In this document: piece after piece, positions 1-10,415 of the stretch
Numbering within the stretch: position 1 is the first letter of the stretch
Layout of the letters: every line of letters starts with the position of its first letter
Notes under the pieces: generated by a model
What the model was told of the DNA's origin: nothing
The model's input: only the letters and a program-made list of their open reading frames with translations
Databases searched by the model: none
Translations under genes and position numbers: made by a program
Assembly: GCA_013151935.1 (NCBI GenBank)
Contig: JAADHI010000124.1
Location: forward strand, 41,718-105,717
Reading direction: 5' to 3'
DNA: 64,000 bases
Origin: Candidatus Manganitrophaceae bacterium
GTDB lineage: Bacteria; Nitrospirota; Nitrospiria; SBBL01; JAADHI01

Positions 1-1
1 A

Positions 2-178
2 CATTGTGACGGGCAGGTGCTCGTCATGCACGACTTGCTCGGCCTTTTCACCCAATTTCGTCCCAAATTTGTCCGGCGCTACGCCGATTTTACAGCCAGC
101 GCGTCGGAGGCCTTTTCTCGTTATCGATCCGATGTGCAGAATGGGAAATTCCCGACTGAAGCCGAAGGCTACGAATAG
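2..178 (+). CDS. panB: 3-methyl-2-oxobutanoate hydroxymethyltransferase (PanB), C-terminal fragment entering from the left edge
   Basis: Frame-2 translation HCDGQVLVMHDLLGLFTQFRPKFVRRY...NGKFPTEAEGYE*. It parallels the PanB C-terminus (E. coli ...DGQILVMHDAFGI..PKFAKNF...GVYPGEEHSF). The stop TAG is at 176-178. It is absent from the ORF track because the 5' end lies outside the window. Confidence 0.8.
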   Translation, partial: HCDGQVLVMHDLLGLFTQFRPKFVRRYADFTASASEAFSRYRSDVQNGKFPTEAEGYE

Positions 179-218
179 GTAAACCCTTTAACAATTAAGT
201 GAGCAGAAAGTTAAACCC

Positions 219-1589
219 ATGAATCCAGCTTCAGAAAACACAGAAAAGAAACTCATCGTCGTGGGGGGCGGACTCGCAGGCTCCGAAGCAGCATGGCAAG
301 CCGCTGAACGTGGTGTGGATGTCACACTCTATGAAATGCGACCGCATAAACTCACACCGGCACACGAAACAGGGCAACTGGCCGAATTGGTTTGCAGCAA
401 TTCTTTAGGCTCCCTTAAAGCCATCAGTGCACCCGGTCTCTTAAAAGAAGAAATGCGTCGGCTCGGCTCGCTTATTATTCGTACTGCCGAAGCCTGTGCG
501 GTGCCGGCCGGCGGGGCCTTGGCCGTAGACCGTGACCGTTTTGCAAAAAACATTTCAGAATGTATCAAAAAACACCCACGCATTACCGTATTACACGAGG
601 AAGTCAAAGAAATCCCCCCGGATGGCACCATTGCTGTGGTTTCATCCGGGCCACTCACTTCTGAAGCTCTGACGGAATCCTTAAAAGCCGCGGCACAGAC
701 CGAACACCTTTATTTTTACGATGCGATTTCTCCCATTCTGGAAGCCGATGGCATCGATATGGAGATTGTTTTCCGGGCTTCTCGTTATGGCAAAGGAGGC
801 GATGACTACCTCAATTGCCCCATGAATGAGGCCGAGTACGACCGTTTTTATGAAGCCCTCATGGCTGGCGAACGGGTCGAAGCAAAGTCTTTTGAAAAAA
901 TTAAGTATTTTGAAGGCTGTCTGCCCATCGAAGTTTTGGCGGAACGCGGCAAAAAGACCCCACTCTTTGGCCCCATGAAACCCGTTGGCCTCGTCGACCC
1001 CAGAACCGGAGAACAACCTTTCGCCGTTGTACAGCTTCGTGCGGAAAACCGTTTTGGTACGGCTTACAGTCTTGTCGGGTTTCAAACCAAGATGACCTGG
1101 CCTGAACAGCGCCGTATTTTTAAGATGATCCCAGGGCTTGAAGATGCAAATTTTTTGCGACTCGGCAGCCTACATCGGAACACCTTTTTAAATTCTCCTC
1201 GTATCTTGAGTGAAAGTTTGCAACTACGTACCCAGCCCGGTCTTTTTTTGGCGGGACAAATCGTCGGCGTAGAAGGGTATGTCGAGTCTGCCTCAATGGG
1301 TTATCTCGCAGGCATGAACGCTGCACGATTATTATCCGGTAAAACAACAGCCGTGCCACCGGAAAACACCGCACACGGGGCACTCATTCAATACATCACA
1401 AAAAGCAATCCCACATTTTTTCAACCGATTAACAGCAACTTCGGCCTTTTTCCGCCAGTTGCCCCGATGATCAAAGGCCGTTATAAAATGAAAAAAACAG
1501 AACGATATCAAAAAATTGTCGAGCGCGCATTGGACGAACTCTCATTATGGATCACGCAATACGGGATTTTGAACGACATCTCAAAGTAG
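219..1589 (+). CDS. trmFO: methylenetetrahydrofolate--tRNA-(uracil-5)-methyltransferase TrmFO (Gid)
   Basis: 456-aa ORF. The N-terminal FAD fold is [32 protein letters not shown]. Length and layout fit TrmFO. A xerC-type gene follows, as in the Bacillus gid-codV arrangement. Confidence 0.9.
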   Translation: MNPASENTEKKLIVVGGGLAGSEAAWQAAERGVDVTLYEMRPHKLTPAHETGQLAELVCSNSLGSLKAISAPGLLKEEMRRLGSLIIRTAEACAVPAGGALAVDRDRFAKNISECIKKHPRITVLHEEVKEIPPDGTIAVVSSGPLTSEALTESLKAAAQTEHLYFYDAISPILEADGIDMEIVFRASRYGKGGDDYLNCPMNEAEYDRFYEALMAGERVEAKSFEKIKYFEGCLPIEVLAERGKKTPLFGPMKPVGLVDPRTGEQPFAVVQLRAENRFGTAYSLVGFQTKMTWPEQRRIFKMIPGLEDANFLRLGSLHRNTFLNSPRILSESLQLRTQPGLFLAGQIVGVEGYVESASMGYLAGMNAARLLSGKTTAVPPENTAHGALIQYITKSNPTFFQPINSNFGLFPPVAPMIKGRYKMKKTERYQKIVERALDELSLWITQYGILNDISK

Positions 1590-2467
1590 AGCGAAATGTC
1601 TCGCCCCATACCCTTCGCAACTACCTTTCAGACCTCGCGGCTTTTCACGCCCATTTGCTTTCTAAGAAAGTGGCGTCAGATCAGAAGCAACGAGAACAAT
1701 CAGATGAAATCAGTCTCTCTTCATCTGACTTAAAAGAGATAGATTATTTAACAATCCGAGGGTTTCTTGCCGCCCAACGAAAAAAAGGACTTAGCAAAAC
1801 CTCCATGGCCCGCAAACTCGCAACACTGCGGACTTTTTTTGACTATCTTGTTCGAAATAAAACCCTAAACCTCAATCCGGCAAAACAAGTCTCGCCCCCT
1901 AAACTAGAACAACACCTCCCTCAATTTTTAAATCTGGATCAAGCCTGTATCCTCGTCGAGTTACCCAAAGGAAAAGGCTGGCGTGTCCTGCGTGATCGCG
2001 CCATACTGGAAACATTCTATTCGACGGGCATTCGACTTTCAGAATTGGTCGGGCTCTCAGAAGAGGACATTCACTTTGCTTCCGGGACCTTGCGTGTTTT
2101 TGGAAAGGGCCGAAAAGAGCGGATTGTACCCATCGGTTCAAAAGCCATTGAAGCCCTTCAGCTTTACCTCAAGGCCCGTCCTGCTGGCGCTTTCGGGCTT
2201 TTTTCAAACCATCGGGGTGGGTGTTTGACGACACGCAGTGTCAGCCGTATCGTGAAACACTACCTCAAACAAATTGATCGACCAGGTGCAAGCCCACACA
2301 CATTGCGACACACTTACGCAACACATTTACTTGAAGGCGGCGCCGATCTCCGAGCCGTTCAGGAACTGCTCGGCCACGCGAGTTTGTCAACCACGCAGCG
2401 TTACACCCACCTACAAACAGACCATCTCATGAAGGTGTATGATGAATCTCATCCCCGAAAACCCTAA
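1547..2467 (+). CDS. xerC: tyrosine site-specific recombinase XerC/XerD family
   Basis: 306 aa. The catalytic C-terminus is [38 protein letters not shown], and there is an N-terminal core-binding region ([19 protein letters not shown]). It overlaps trmFO by 43 nt. The XerC versus XerD assignment is not resolvable here. Confidence 0.8.
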   Translation: MDHAIRDFERHLKVERNVSPHTLRNYLSDLAAFHAHLLSKKVASDQKQREQSDEISLSSSDLKEIDYLTIRGFLAAQRKKGLSKTSMARKLATLRTFFDYLVRNKTLNLNPAKQVSPPKLEQHLPQFLNLDQACILVELPKGKGWRVLRDRAILETFYSTGIRLSELVGLSEEDIHFASGTLRVFGKGRKERIVPIGSKAIEALQLYLKARPAGAFGLFSNHRGGCLTTRSVSRIVKHYLKQIDRPGASPHTLRHTYATHLLEGGADLRAVQELLGHASLSTTQRYTHLQTDHLMKVYDESHPRKP

Positions 2468-2487
2468 GAAAGCATGGAGGAGCAACA

Positions 2488-3090
2488 ATGGATATATTCT
2501 CAAAACCCAGTGTTATTGACGATGATATCATCAAAAACCTTGGGCCCTTTGCACCATTTGCAGGGACTTGGGAGGGAGACAAGGGCCTGGATATTTCTCC
2601 CTCCAAGACGGGCCCAGTTGAAACACATTTTAGAGAACAGATCACCCTTGAACCCATGGGACCCGTCGTAAATGGTCCTCAAGTCCTCTATGGTCTAAAA
2701 TACGCAACAAGCGCTTGGCCCTTAGGCCAGGATGCCGCTTTTCATGAAGAAGTCGGGTATTGGTTGTGGGATGCAAAAGAGCAACAGGCGATGCGTTGTT
2801 TCATTGTCCCACGTGGCATTGCAATCAACGCAGGTGGACACGCAGATCTACACAACACCACAATAGAACTCTCCGCCGAAGTGGGTTCTGAAACCTACGG
2901 TATTTTGTCTAACCCTTTTCTGGATGAAGCCTTCAAAACAGTGCGTTACACCCTTAAACTTACTTTGCACGAAGATGGGAGCTTTAGCTATTTTGAAGAC
3001 ACTGAGCTAAAGATCCAGGGTCAAGAAATACACTTCCATCATACCGATCAAAACCGCTTGACACGATCGACCGATAAGCCACGTAATTGA
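2488..3090 (+). CDS. nitrobindin/THAP4-like heme-binding beta-barrel (DUF1794) family protein
   Basis: 200 aa. The N-terminal LGPFAPFAGTWEGDKG motif and the size are typical of this family. The call comes from remembered family features only. Confidence 0.45.
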   Translation: MDIFSKPSVIDDDIIKNLGPFAPFAGTWEGDKGLDISPSKTGPVETHFREQITLEPMGPVVNGPQVLYGLKYATSAWPLGQDAAFHEEVGYWLWDAKEQQAMRCFIVPRGIAINAGGHADLHNTTIELSAEVGSETYGILSNPFLDEAFKTVRYTLKLTLHEDGSFSYFEDTELKIQGQEIHFHHTDQNRLTRSTDKPRN

Positions 3091-3151
3091 TTTTTATCGA
3101 CCCAAATGCTATCTTGATCTACATTTTTCTGGGTCGATAAAGGAGGTTTCC

Positions 3152-3829
3152 GTGTTAAGGTACATTCGAGAAGGGGCGATTGACAATCCCTGGTTTTTCA
3201 GAATCGTCATGTTGGGCATTGCTGCCGTCTTCGCCGTTTCAATGGGCTGGTGGGGCTTTGGCGATAATGAAGATCCGGAAAACGTTCTTGCTCAAGTCGG
3301 TGAAGATCGCATCATGATCATTGAGTATCGGCGGGCCTACCAGAACGCCTCAAAATTTTATCGGGAACTTTTTCAGGGAGATTATGATGACGAAGCCCTC
3401 CGCCGACGCGTCATTGATGAACTGGTTGAACGCAGACTTTGGATTCAGGAGGCCCGAAGAATGCAAATATTCATCAGTGATGAAAGCCTAAAAGGTTCCA
3501 TCACTGCGATGCCCGGATTTCAGAGAGAAGGAACCTTTGATTCCGAGCTATATAAACGCGCCCTCGCCTCCGAACGCTACACGCCCAAAAGTTTTGAAGC
3601 CAGACAACGGAACACCCTCTTGGTCAAAAAAGCTCAACTACTCGTCAGAAGTGGTGTTTGGTTAACCCCCACAGAAATCAAAGAAGCCCAGGAATCTAAT
3701 CCTGCAAACCCTTCCGACAATAAAACCATTGAAGACCGTCTTTCCCGTAAAAAAGAACGTGCCATGAGAGCCTATGCGATCTCCCTCAAACAAAAAGCAG
3801 GAATCGTCATCAAAGACGAGTTATTGTAA
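3152..3829 (+). CDS. PpiD/SurA N-terminal-domain periplasmic chaperone-like protein (no PPIase domain)
   Basis: GTG start preceded by AAAGGAGG. There is an N-terminal membrane anchor (FFRIVMLGIAAVFAVSMGWWGF), followed by a SurA_N-like helical region. Confidence 0.5.
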   Translation: MLRYIREGAIDNPWFFRIVMLGIAAVFAVSMGWWGFGDNEDPENVLAQVGEDRIMIIEYRRAYQNASKFYRELFQGDYDDEALRRRVIDELVERRLWIQEARRMQIFISDESLKGSITAMPGFQREGTFDSELYKRALASERYTPKSFEARQRNTLLVKKAQLLVRSGVWLTPTEIKEAQESNPANPSDNKTIEDRLSRKKERAMRAYAISLKQKAGIVIKDELL

Positions 3830-3875
3830 GCCCTTTCTCCCCTCCTGAAACCGCCTCTTCACTCTTGACATCACA

Positions 3876-4850
3876 CTAAAGCCGTACTCTGGGATCAACC
3901 CAGGTATAGGAAATATCCGTAAGAATCAGCCCTAGAATGTATAGCACTGAGCCCAAAAACACCATCGCGCGGACGATACTGAAATCTTGGCTGTTAATCG
4001 CATCAATCGTGTAACTGCCCAGACCCGGGATGCTGAAGAAGGATTCGGTGATGAGACTGCCCATAAAAAGCAGAGGGATGACGACAACCACGCCTGTTAA
4101 AATGGGGACGAGGGCGTTTCGCAGGACGTGGGAGAAAAGTACACTCAGCTCTGAAAGCCCTTTGGCGCGTGCGGTACGGACATAGTCTTTTCCAATTTCT
4201 TCGAGGAAGATGCTGCGATACCAGCGCGTACCGCTGCCGATGCCACCCACCAATCCCACAATAACGGGCAGGATTAAAAACTTGACGGCATCCAAACCCG
4301 TGTCGTAACCCGAAATGGGGACAAGTCGAAACATTTTACTAAATAAAAATTGGCCACCAATGATGTAAAAAAGCGATGAAATAGACATCATCGCCACAGC
4401 AATGATGACGGCCCAAGTATCAATGTAAGTTGCGCGAAAAAAAGCAATGATCATGGCAACGGTAATATTAACGAAGAGCCCGACGATCAAACTGGGGATG
4501 GCAATCGCCAGACTCGGCCACATGCGCTCTCGAATATCCGAGCCGATGTTTCGCCCATCGTCCGCAAAACCAAAATCAAAGACAAAAAGTCGCAGGGATT
4601 TTTCAAAAAATACCGTTTGAGTTAGTTTTCCAAAGCCTTCAGCTTGGGCATTAAATGCGATGGGTTTGTCATAACCGTGATCGGCCTTCCATTTTTCGAT
4701 GGCTTCGGGTGTGACACGTTTCATACCCAACTGAAGCCGCGCCATATCATCCGGGGTATTCACCACAAAAAAGAGCAGAAAAGTCAATAAATTGACTCCG
4801 ATTAAAATTGGAATGGCATACAAACTGCGACGAATAATGTAGCTGATCAC
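3876..4850 (-). CDS. ABC transporter permease, OppB/DppB type
   Basis: 324 aa and multi-TM. The EAA-loop region is YVRTARAKGLSELSVLFSHVLRNALVP. It lies directly downstream of the family-5 binding protein, 1 nt apart. Confidence 0.8.
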   Translation of the reverse strand: MISYIIRRSLYAIPILIGVNLLTFLLFFVVNTPDDMARLQLGMKRVTPEAIEKWKADHGYDKPIAFNAQAEGFGKLTQTVFFEKSLRLFVFDFGFADDGRNIGSDIRERMWPSLAIAIPSLIVGLFVNITVAMIIAFFRATYIDTWAVIIAVAMMSISSLFYIIGGQFLFSKMFRLVPISGYDTGLDAVKFLILPVIVGLVGGIGSGTRWYRSIFLEEIGKDYVRTARAKGLSELSVLFSHVLRNALVPILTGVVVVIPLLFMGSLITESFFSIPGLGSYTIDAINSQDFSIVRAMVFLGSVLYILGLILTDISYTWVDPRVRL

Positions 4851-4851
4851 T

Positions 4852-6990
4852 TCAAATGCCTCGCTCTTTTTTTCGATAGCTCATGACGGCTGGCACAGTT
4901 CCGGCAACAAAGAGGGCCACGATCACCGCAAGCGGCCACCACCGGGGTTTGTTCCATTCTGCCCGTTTTTTGCTGCGTAAAAGGGAATCGACTTTTTTGT
5001 ATTTCAGGGTATTATTAGCCATGAGGTTTGGTTTAACATTGCCCTGCCAGGCATGATACAAGGCAAACTGTTTGGGATGAAACCCGGAAACCCAGGGCAC
5101 GTCATGCCGGAAGATTTCGACCATTTCGTTGATGATTTTTTGTCGTCTGGGGCTATTTCCCATATTTTTCATTTCTTCAAATAGGGCATCAAAACGTGGA
5201 TTTGCGTAGTTTGCGGCATTTTCCCCATTTTTACCCGCTTTAGCATTGGGGCCGTAGAGCAAAAATAAAAAGTTTTCGGGATCGGGATAATCCGCATTCC
5301 AACCCCATTGAAACATTTGCGCCGAACCTTTCAACATTTTGTCTTGAAAACGATTGTAGTCGGTATTTCTAACCACCAGCTGAATCTGAAGTTTTTCAAA
5401 CTGCTTCCGCATCCAATCAAAATTCGCCTTCACCGCAGGCCCTGTACCCGTTGTATCAAAGTGAATAATCAGTGGTTTTCCCGTTTTTTTATCTCGGCCA
5501 TTGGGATAACCCGCCTCGGCCAAAAGTTTTCGAGCCACAGCAATGGACTTTCGTTTTGCCTTGCCATCAACCCAATCATAAACATAGGGGTTGATCCCTG
5601 CTTCCCCTTCGAGATATCCGAAGATGCCGGGGGGCAGCGGCCCCTGCATGGCGATGCCCCGGCCATTGCGAAAAATCGCAATGGATTCTTCCTGATCAAT
5701 GGCAATGCCGATGGCTTGACGGATCAGTCGTGCAGACACTGAATCTCCACCGACAACAGAGTCAAGCATATTAAAGGCCATATAAAAAGTTGTGGTTGCT
5801 GTGCTGGTCAAAAGACGAATGCCCTGTGCTTTCATCTCATCGGTTAAGGCGGCGTCCCCCCCCGCACTCACTTGCACCGCTTGATCAAAACTATCAGAAG
5901 AAATCCCGGAGCCATCATAAAATCCCTGTAAAAACTTGTTCCAAATGGGAATACCTTCTTTTTCTAAACTAAAAATGATCTTTTCGATAAAGGGCAATGT
6001 CGCACCTGCGTCATCTAAAAGCCCTGCTTCTGCATCTCCGGGCATGCCTTCTGTCGGATAGACTTCTGGGTGGAAATTTGGATTTTTTTCAAGCACCATT
6101 TGTCGATTGGGGTTATTGACCGTCAGCATATAAGGTCCTGTTCCAACGGGGTACCAATCGAGTGTGATATTTTTTTCGATCAAACCCGGCTGCGCATAAA
6201 AACGATCTGCTTCATGGGGCAAAGGGGCAAAAAAAGGCATGGCCAGCCAATAAAGAAATTGAGGATACTTGCCTTTGACTTTGATGCGATAGGTGTAGCG
6301 GTCAATGACTTCTACCCCTTCAAGGGGAAATTCCCTCAAATCCAAAAACCCTTTGTCCTCAGAAGCGGATTTTTTGAGGGTTTTGCCCAGAGCCCCTAAA
6401 CCCACAATGTACTGGCTCATCAAACCAAAAATAGGAGAATGGATCTTCGGATGCGCCAGCCGTTTAATCTGATAAACATAGTCTTCGGCAATGAGTTCAC
6501 GACTACCGGTTTCCTTAAAATCAGAAAGACGCCTGATGTCATCCAAGTCAATCGCATCAAGTTTATGATAACGAGAAAGCCCCGCTGCCGTTTTTGCAAA
6601 AGCCGGGTGAGGTTGATATTGAATCCCCGGCGTAATTTGAATTTCGTAAAGACTCCAAGCCACGTCCGAAACAGGGCCATCTTCTTCAATGACCATACCT
6701 GAGGCATCCAAATAAACCGGGCTGGGCATCTTTTTTGCTGTTAAGGGAATGAGTTCGTAGGGACGTTTAAGATAATGGTATTGGAAAGGGGGTTCGTAAA
6801 TCTGGGCCGTAAAAGTTGCTTCATTGGACGCGTAAGATCTGGCTGGATCAAGGTGTTTGGGACGTTCGCTAAATGAGCTGTAAAGCACATTCAGACTGTT
6901 TTCTTCTGGAGGATAGGGATTATTGAGCGCCGTATTTGAACACCCCACAAACAAAAGAAAAACAAGGATAAGTCTAGAAAAGACTATCAC
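4852..6990 (-). CDS. family-5 (peptide/nickel type) ABC substrate-binding lipoprotein with C-terminal TM helix
   Basis: Large SBP_bac_5-like ORF. The track start at 7104 overlaps secG. I prefer GTG at 6990, which gives VIVFSRLILVFLLFVGCS, a signal peptide with a lipobox Cys. The C-terminus WWPLAVIVALFVAGTVPAVMSY is hydrophobic. Confidence 0.65.
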   Translation of the reverse strand: MIVFSRLILVFLLFVGCSNTALNNPYPPEENSLNVLYSSFSERPKHLDPARSYASNEATFTAQIYEPPFQYHYLKRPYELIPLTAKKMPSPVYLDASGMVIEEDGPVSDVAWSLYEIQITPGIQYQPHPAFAKTAAGLSRYHKLDAIDLDDIRRLSDFKETGSRELIAEDYVYQIKRLAHPKIHSPIFGLMSQYIVGLGALGKTLKKSASEDKGFLDLREFPLEGVEVIDRYTYRIKVKGKYPQFLYWLAMPFFAPLPHEADRFYAQPGLIEKNITLDWYPVGTGPYMLTVNNPNRQMVLEKNPNFHPEVYPTEGMPGDAEAGLLDDAGATLPFIEKIIFSLEKEGIPIWNKFLQGFYDGSGISSDSFDQAVQVSAGGDAALTDEMKAQGIRLLTSTATTTFYMAFNMLDSVVGGDSVSARLIRQAIGIAIDQEESIAIFRNGRGIAMQGPLPPGIFGYLEGEAGINPYVYDWVDGKAKRKSIAVARKLLAEAGYPNGRDKKTGKPLIIHFDTTGTGPAVKANFDWMRKQFEKLQIQLVVRNTDYNRFQDKMLKGSAQMFQWGWNADYPDPENFLFLLYGPNAKAGKNGENAANYANPRFDALFEEMKNMGNSPRRQKIINEMVEIFRHDVPWVSGFHPKQFALYHAWQGNVKPNLMANNTLKYKKVDSLLRSKKRAEWNKPRWWPLAVIVALFVAGTVPAVMSYRKKERGI

Positions 6991-7006
6991 AGACCCAGCG
7001 CTTTCT

Positions 7007-7327
7007 TTATTCTGAGACAGCGTCCTCAGGTGTTTCGATCGGGGTGGGGATACTTGGACTTGGAGAAGCACTTGTGCCACTGCCGGAGGAGACAACCGAC
7101 GCACTTCGACTCATCACCGAAAGTGTCATTGAAGTGACCATAAAAACAATGGCAGCACTCACGGTCAGTTTACTTAAAAAAGTGGCCGCGCCACGGCTCC
7201 CAAAAATCGTCTGACTTGACCCACCGAAAGCGGCCCCCATTTCGGCCCCTTTTCCAGATTGAAGCAAAACAACACCAATTAAAATAAGACAAACCGACAC
7301 ATGAATCACAACAACCAGGGTATACAT
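7007..7327 (-). CDS. secG: preprotein translocase subunit SecG
   Basis: 106 aa. LLQSGKGAEMGAAFGGSSQTIFGSRGAATFLSK is the SecG signature. It follows tpiA, as in many bacteria. Confidence 0.85.
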   Translation of the reverse strand: MYTLVVVIHVSVCLILIGVVLLQSGKGAEMGAAFGGSSQTIFGSRGAATFLSKLTVSAAIVFMVTSMTLSVMSRSASVVSSGSGTSASPSPSIPTPIETPEDAVSE

Positions 7328-7335
7328 AATGCTCC

Positions 7336-8121
7336 TTACTTAGCGCTTGCGCCTTGCGCAATGATTTCAAAAAAAGTTTTAGGGGAGAGACTTGCGCCAC
7401 CCACCAAGACCCCATCAATATCAGGAGTTTTCATAAAGTCCACGATATTTTCTTCCGAGACACTTCCACCATACAAAATACGTGGCACACCTTTTCCCAC
7501 TGTATCAGCAATCAAGGCCTGAATCTGCTGATGCACTTCTGCCACATCTGCAGGTTCCGGGGTTTCCCCCGTGCCGATGGCCCAAACGGGCTCATAAGCA
7601 ATCATCCAATCCGACACCGTATCGCACAAGCCACTCGCAATAAATTCCTCTGAGAATACAGAATTGAGTTGGCCCTGCAAGCGTTGCCAGGTCTTCCCAG
7701 CCTGTCGATCTTGCTGGGTTTCTCCAATGCAAAGAATCGGAAATAAACCCGCTTTTCGGACAGCCACCAACTTTTTATGGATCTCCTCATCGTTTTCGCT
7801 GAAAAGGATACGCCGCTCAGAATGACCGATGATAACGTATTTGCACCCAATTTCGCAAAGCATCTCGGTCGAAATCTCCCCCGTATACGCCCCTTTGGGT
7901 GAAAAATGCACATTTTGTGCCGCCAAATCGATTTCACATGCCGCAGTATTTAAGATATTTGAAACCGTCTGTAAGGCCGTAAAGGGGGGTGCAATAATGA
8001 TTTTTGATGGCGCGAGTACCACATCCGCGCAATGTTTGATGAGATCGGAGAGATGGCTTTCTGAGGCCTTAAGGCCCATATTCATCTTCCAATTCGCAAC
8101 AAAACAAGGCGGACGTGACAT
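7336..8121 (-). CDS. tpiA: triosephosphate isomerase
   Basis: Motifs ANWKMN, IIGHSERR and AYEPVWAIGTG. The start ATG overlaps the pgk stop by 1 nt (TGATG). Confidence 0.95.
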   Translation of the reverse strand: MSRPPCFVANWKMNMGLKASESHLSDLIKHCADVVLAPSKIIIAPPFTALQTVSNILNTAACEIDLAAQNVHFSPKGAYTGEISTEMLCEIGCKYVIIGHSERRILFSENDEEIHKKLVAVRKAGLFPILCIGETQQDRQAGKTWQRLQGQLNSVFSEEFIASGLCDTVSDWMIAYEPVWAIGTGETPEPADVAEVHQQIQALIADTVGKGVPRILYGGSVSEENIVDFMKTPDIDGVLVGGASLSPKTFFEIIAQGASAK

Positions 8122-9326
8122 CAGTGGGGATCCTCCATATCGGGCAGAACAGAAAGCCCTGGCAGGACTTTGCCCTCTAGAAGTTGTAGTGCTGCCCCTC
8201 CACCCGTTGAAATAAAGGAAATATTTTCAGATTCGTTGGCCTGATGCACCGCCATCGCCGTTTCACCTCCGCCAACGATGCTCAAAGCATAGGCATTTGC
8301 AACAGCGTGGGCGATGGCTGAAGTACCCCGTGAATAGGCATCTACTTCAAAGAGCCCCATGGGGCCATTCCAAAGAATGGTTTTTGCGTTGGCCAAGGCC
8401 TCTGTAAATAAATGAACCGAGGCCCGACCAATATCCAAACCCATCCATCCCTTTGGAATTTCCTGAACCGGCACAGACTTCGCTTCAGCCGAAGGATCTT
8501 TACTCGCGGCAACAACACAGTCCACGGGCAAATAAAATTTAATCCCTCGGGCAATGGCATTTTGCATAATTTCACGCGCAAAATCGAGCATGGAATCCTC
8601 AACAAGCGAGTTCCCCACATCAATACCAGAAGCCTTTAAAAAGGTGAAGGCCATACCGCCACCCACAATGACTTTGTCTACATTGGGCCCCAGATTTTCG
8701 ATCACACCAATTTTCCCGGAAACCTTCGCCCCCCCCAAAATCGCCACAAAGGGACGCGCCGGACTTGAAACGGCACGAACAAGATAAACAATCTCCTTTT
8801 TCATGAGGAAACCACAGGCCTTGCTCTGGATCAATTCGGCAAGCCTGATGGTTGAGGCATGTTCACGGTGGGCCGTACCAAACGCATCGTTAATATAAAC
8901 ATCGAGACGCAGCTTTGCGAGAGAGCGTGCAAAAGCCGCATCATTTTTCTGCTCTCCGGCATGAAACCTCAAATTTTCCAAGAGTAGGATTTCACCTGGC
9001 TTAAGGTTTCTTGCCATTTTTTCTGTTTGTGGTCCGATACAGTCATCAGCAAACAAAACGTCCTTTCCCAGGAGACGTTGCAATCGTTTTGCAAGTGGGG
9101 CAAGGGAAAATCGGGGGTCTGCACCCTTTGGCCGACCTAAATGCGACGCCAAAATAATAGAAGCCCCCTCATCAATGGCATAGTTAATCGTGGGTAGGGC
9201 AGAGCGAATACGCGTATCATCCGTGATATTTAAATTGTCATCTAAGGGCACGTTAAAATCAACACGAATGAAAAGCTGTTTGCCTTTGATGTCGATATCT
9301 TCGATGGTGACTTTATTGGTATTCAT
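8121..9326 (-). CDS. pgk: phosphoglycerate kinase
   Basis: RVDFNVP, ASHLGRPKG and the C-terminal STGGGA motifs. The track ORF starts at 9464 inside gap. The canonical start is MNTNKVTIEDIDIKGK at 9326. Confidence 0.95.
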   Translation of the reverse strand: MNTNKVTIEDIDIKGKQLFIRVDFNVPLDDNLNITDDTRIRSALPTINYAIDEGASIILASHLGRPKGADPRFSLAPLAKRLQRLLGKDVLFADDCIGPQTEKMARNLKPGEILLLENLRFHAGEQKNDAAFARSLAKLRLDVYINDAFGTAHREHASTIRLAELIQSKACGFLMKKEIVYLVRAVSSPARPFVAILGGAKVSGKIGVIENLGPNVDKVIVGGGMAFTFLKASGIDVGNSLVEDSMLDFAREIMQNAIARGIKFYLPVDCVVAASKDPSAEAKSVPVQEIPKGWMGLDIGRASVHLFTEALANAKTILWNGPMGLFEVDAYSRGTSAIAHAVANAYALSIVGGGETAMAVHQANESENISFISTGGGAALQLLEGKVLPGLSVLPDMEDPH

Positions 9327-9342
9327 ATCAAACGCTTCGCCT

Positions 9343-10347
9343 TTAGAGGCTTTTCCCCACGTATAAAACAAGATCACGAACGCGGCAGGAATAACCCCAT
9401 TCGTTGTCGTACCACGAAACCACTTTGGCCATGCGTTTGTTGATGACACTTGTAAGGGGACCATCCACGATTGAAGAATGTGTATTGCCTTTAAAATCGA
9501 TGGAAACCAAGGGGACTTCGGTATAGGCCAGGATACCTTTTAGTTCATTCTCAGCCGCATTTTTAAATACGGCTTGAATTTCAGCAATATCCGCATCTCG
9601 ATTGAGCATCACCACAAGATCAATCACAGAAACATTCGGGGTTGGAACACGGATCGACATGCCGTCGAGTTTACCTGTCAAGCTGGGCAAGACTTCAGAA
9701 ATGGCTTTTGCCGCACCCGTCGTCGTGGGAATGATCGATTGCCCCGCCGTGCGCGCGCGCCGAAGGTCTTTGTGAGATCCATCAAGTAGCTGTTGATCAC
9801 GGGTATAAGCATGCACGGTCGTCATCAGTCCGCTTTGAATCCCAAAATGTTCATCCAGCACTTTAGCGACAGGGGCCAAACAGTTGGTGGTACAGGAAGC
9901 ATTGGAAATAATATCGTGGCTTTTCGCATCGTATTGGGATTCATTGACCCCAAGAACAACAGTGACATCTGGATTTTTGGCGGGGGCTGAAATGATGACT
10001 TTTTTTGCACCCGCCTCAAGATGTTGCTGGGCGGAGGGGCGATCTACAAAACGACCGGTAGACTCAACAACAAGATCAACCGCCATTTCTCGCCAAGGCA
10101 GATGGGCAGGACTTGTCTCGTGGGTCATCCGAATAGATTTCCCATCAATGAGCAGACAATCATCTTTGGCTTCAACCGTGTGATTAAATTGTCCATGCAC
10201 GGAATCGTATTTGAGTAAGTGTGCCAGTGTCGATGCATCACCCAAGTCGTTAATCGCTACGATTTCTAAGTCAGGATGTGCAAAGGCACATCTCAGAACA
10301 TTTCGTCCAATTCTCCCAAATCCGTTAATTCCAACACGTAAAGACAT
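9343..10347 (-). CDS. gap: glyceraldehyde-3-phosphate dehydrogenase (type I)
   Basis: GINGFGRIGRNVLR and the active site SNASCTTNCLAP. 334 aa. Confidence 0.95.
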   Translation of the reverse strand: MSLRVGINGFGRIGRNVLRCAFAHPDLEIVAINDLGDASTLAHLLKYDSVHGQFNHTVEAKDDCLLIDGKSIRMTHETSPAHLPWREMAVDLVVESTGRFVDRPSAQQHLEAGAKKVIISAPAKNPDVTVVLGVNESQYDAKSHDIISNASCTTNCLAPVAKVLDEHFGIQSGLMTTVHAYTRDQQLLDGSHKDLRRARTAGQSIIPTTTGAAKAISEVLPSLTGKLDGMSIRVPTPNVSVIDLVVMLNRDADIAEIQAVFKNAAENELKGILAYTEVPLVSIDFKGNTHSSIVDGPLTSVINKRMAKVVSWYDNEWGYSCRVRDLVLYVGKSL

Positions 10348-10415
10348 CTTCTATCGGCTCCTTCAACTCTAAAATAAGTCCTTATTTTAAATCGGTTCTT
10401 GCTAAAAAAATAGAC

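Noticed and set aside
6991-7104. 38-aa extension of the substrate-binding protein ORF, overlapping secG
   Set aside because: The extension has no signal-peptide character. A GTG at 6990 yields a proper lipoprotein signal and removes the overlap.
9327-9464. 46-aa N-terminal extension of the pgk ORF in the track, overlapping the gap 3' end
   Set aside because: The canonical Pgk N-terminus (MNTNKVTIEDIDIKGK...RVDFNVP) starts at 9326. The extension is unrelated sequence lying inside gap.
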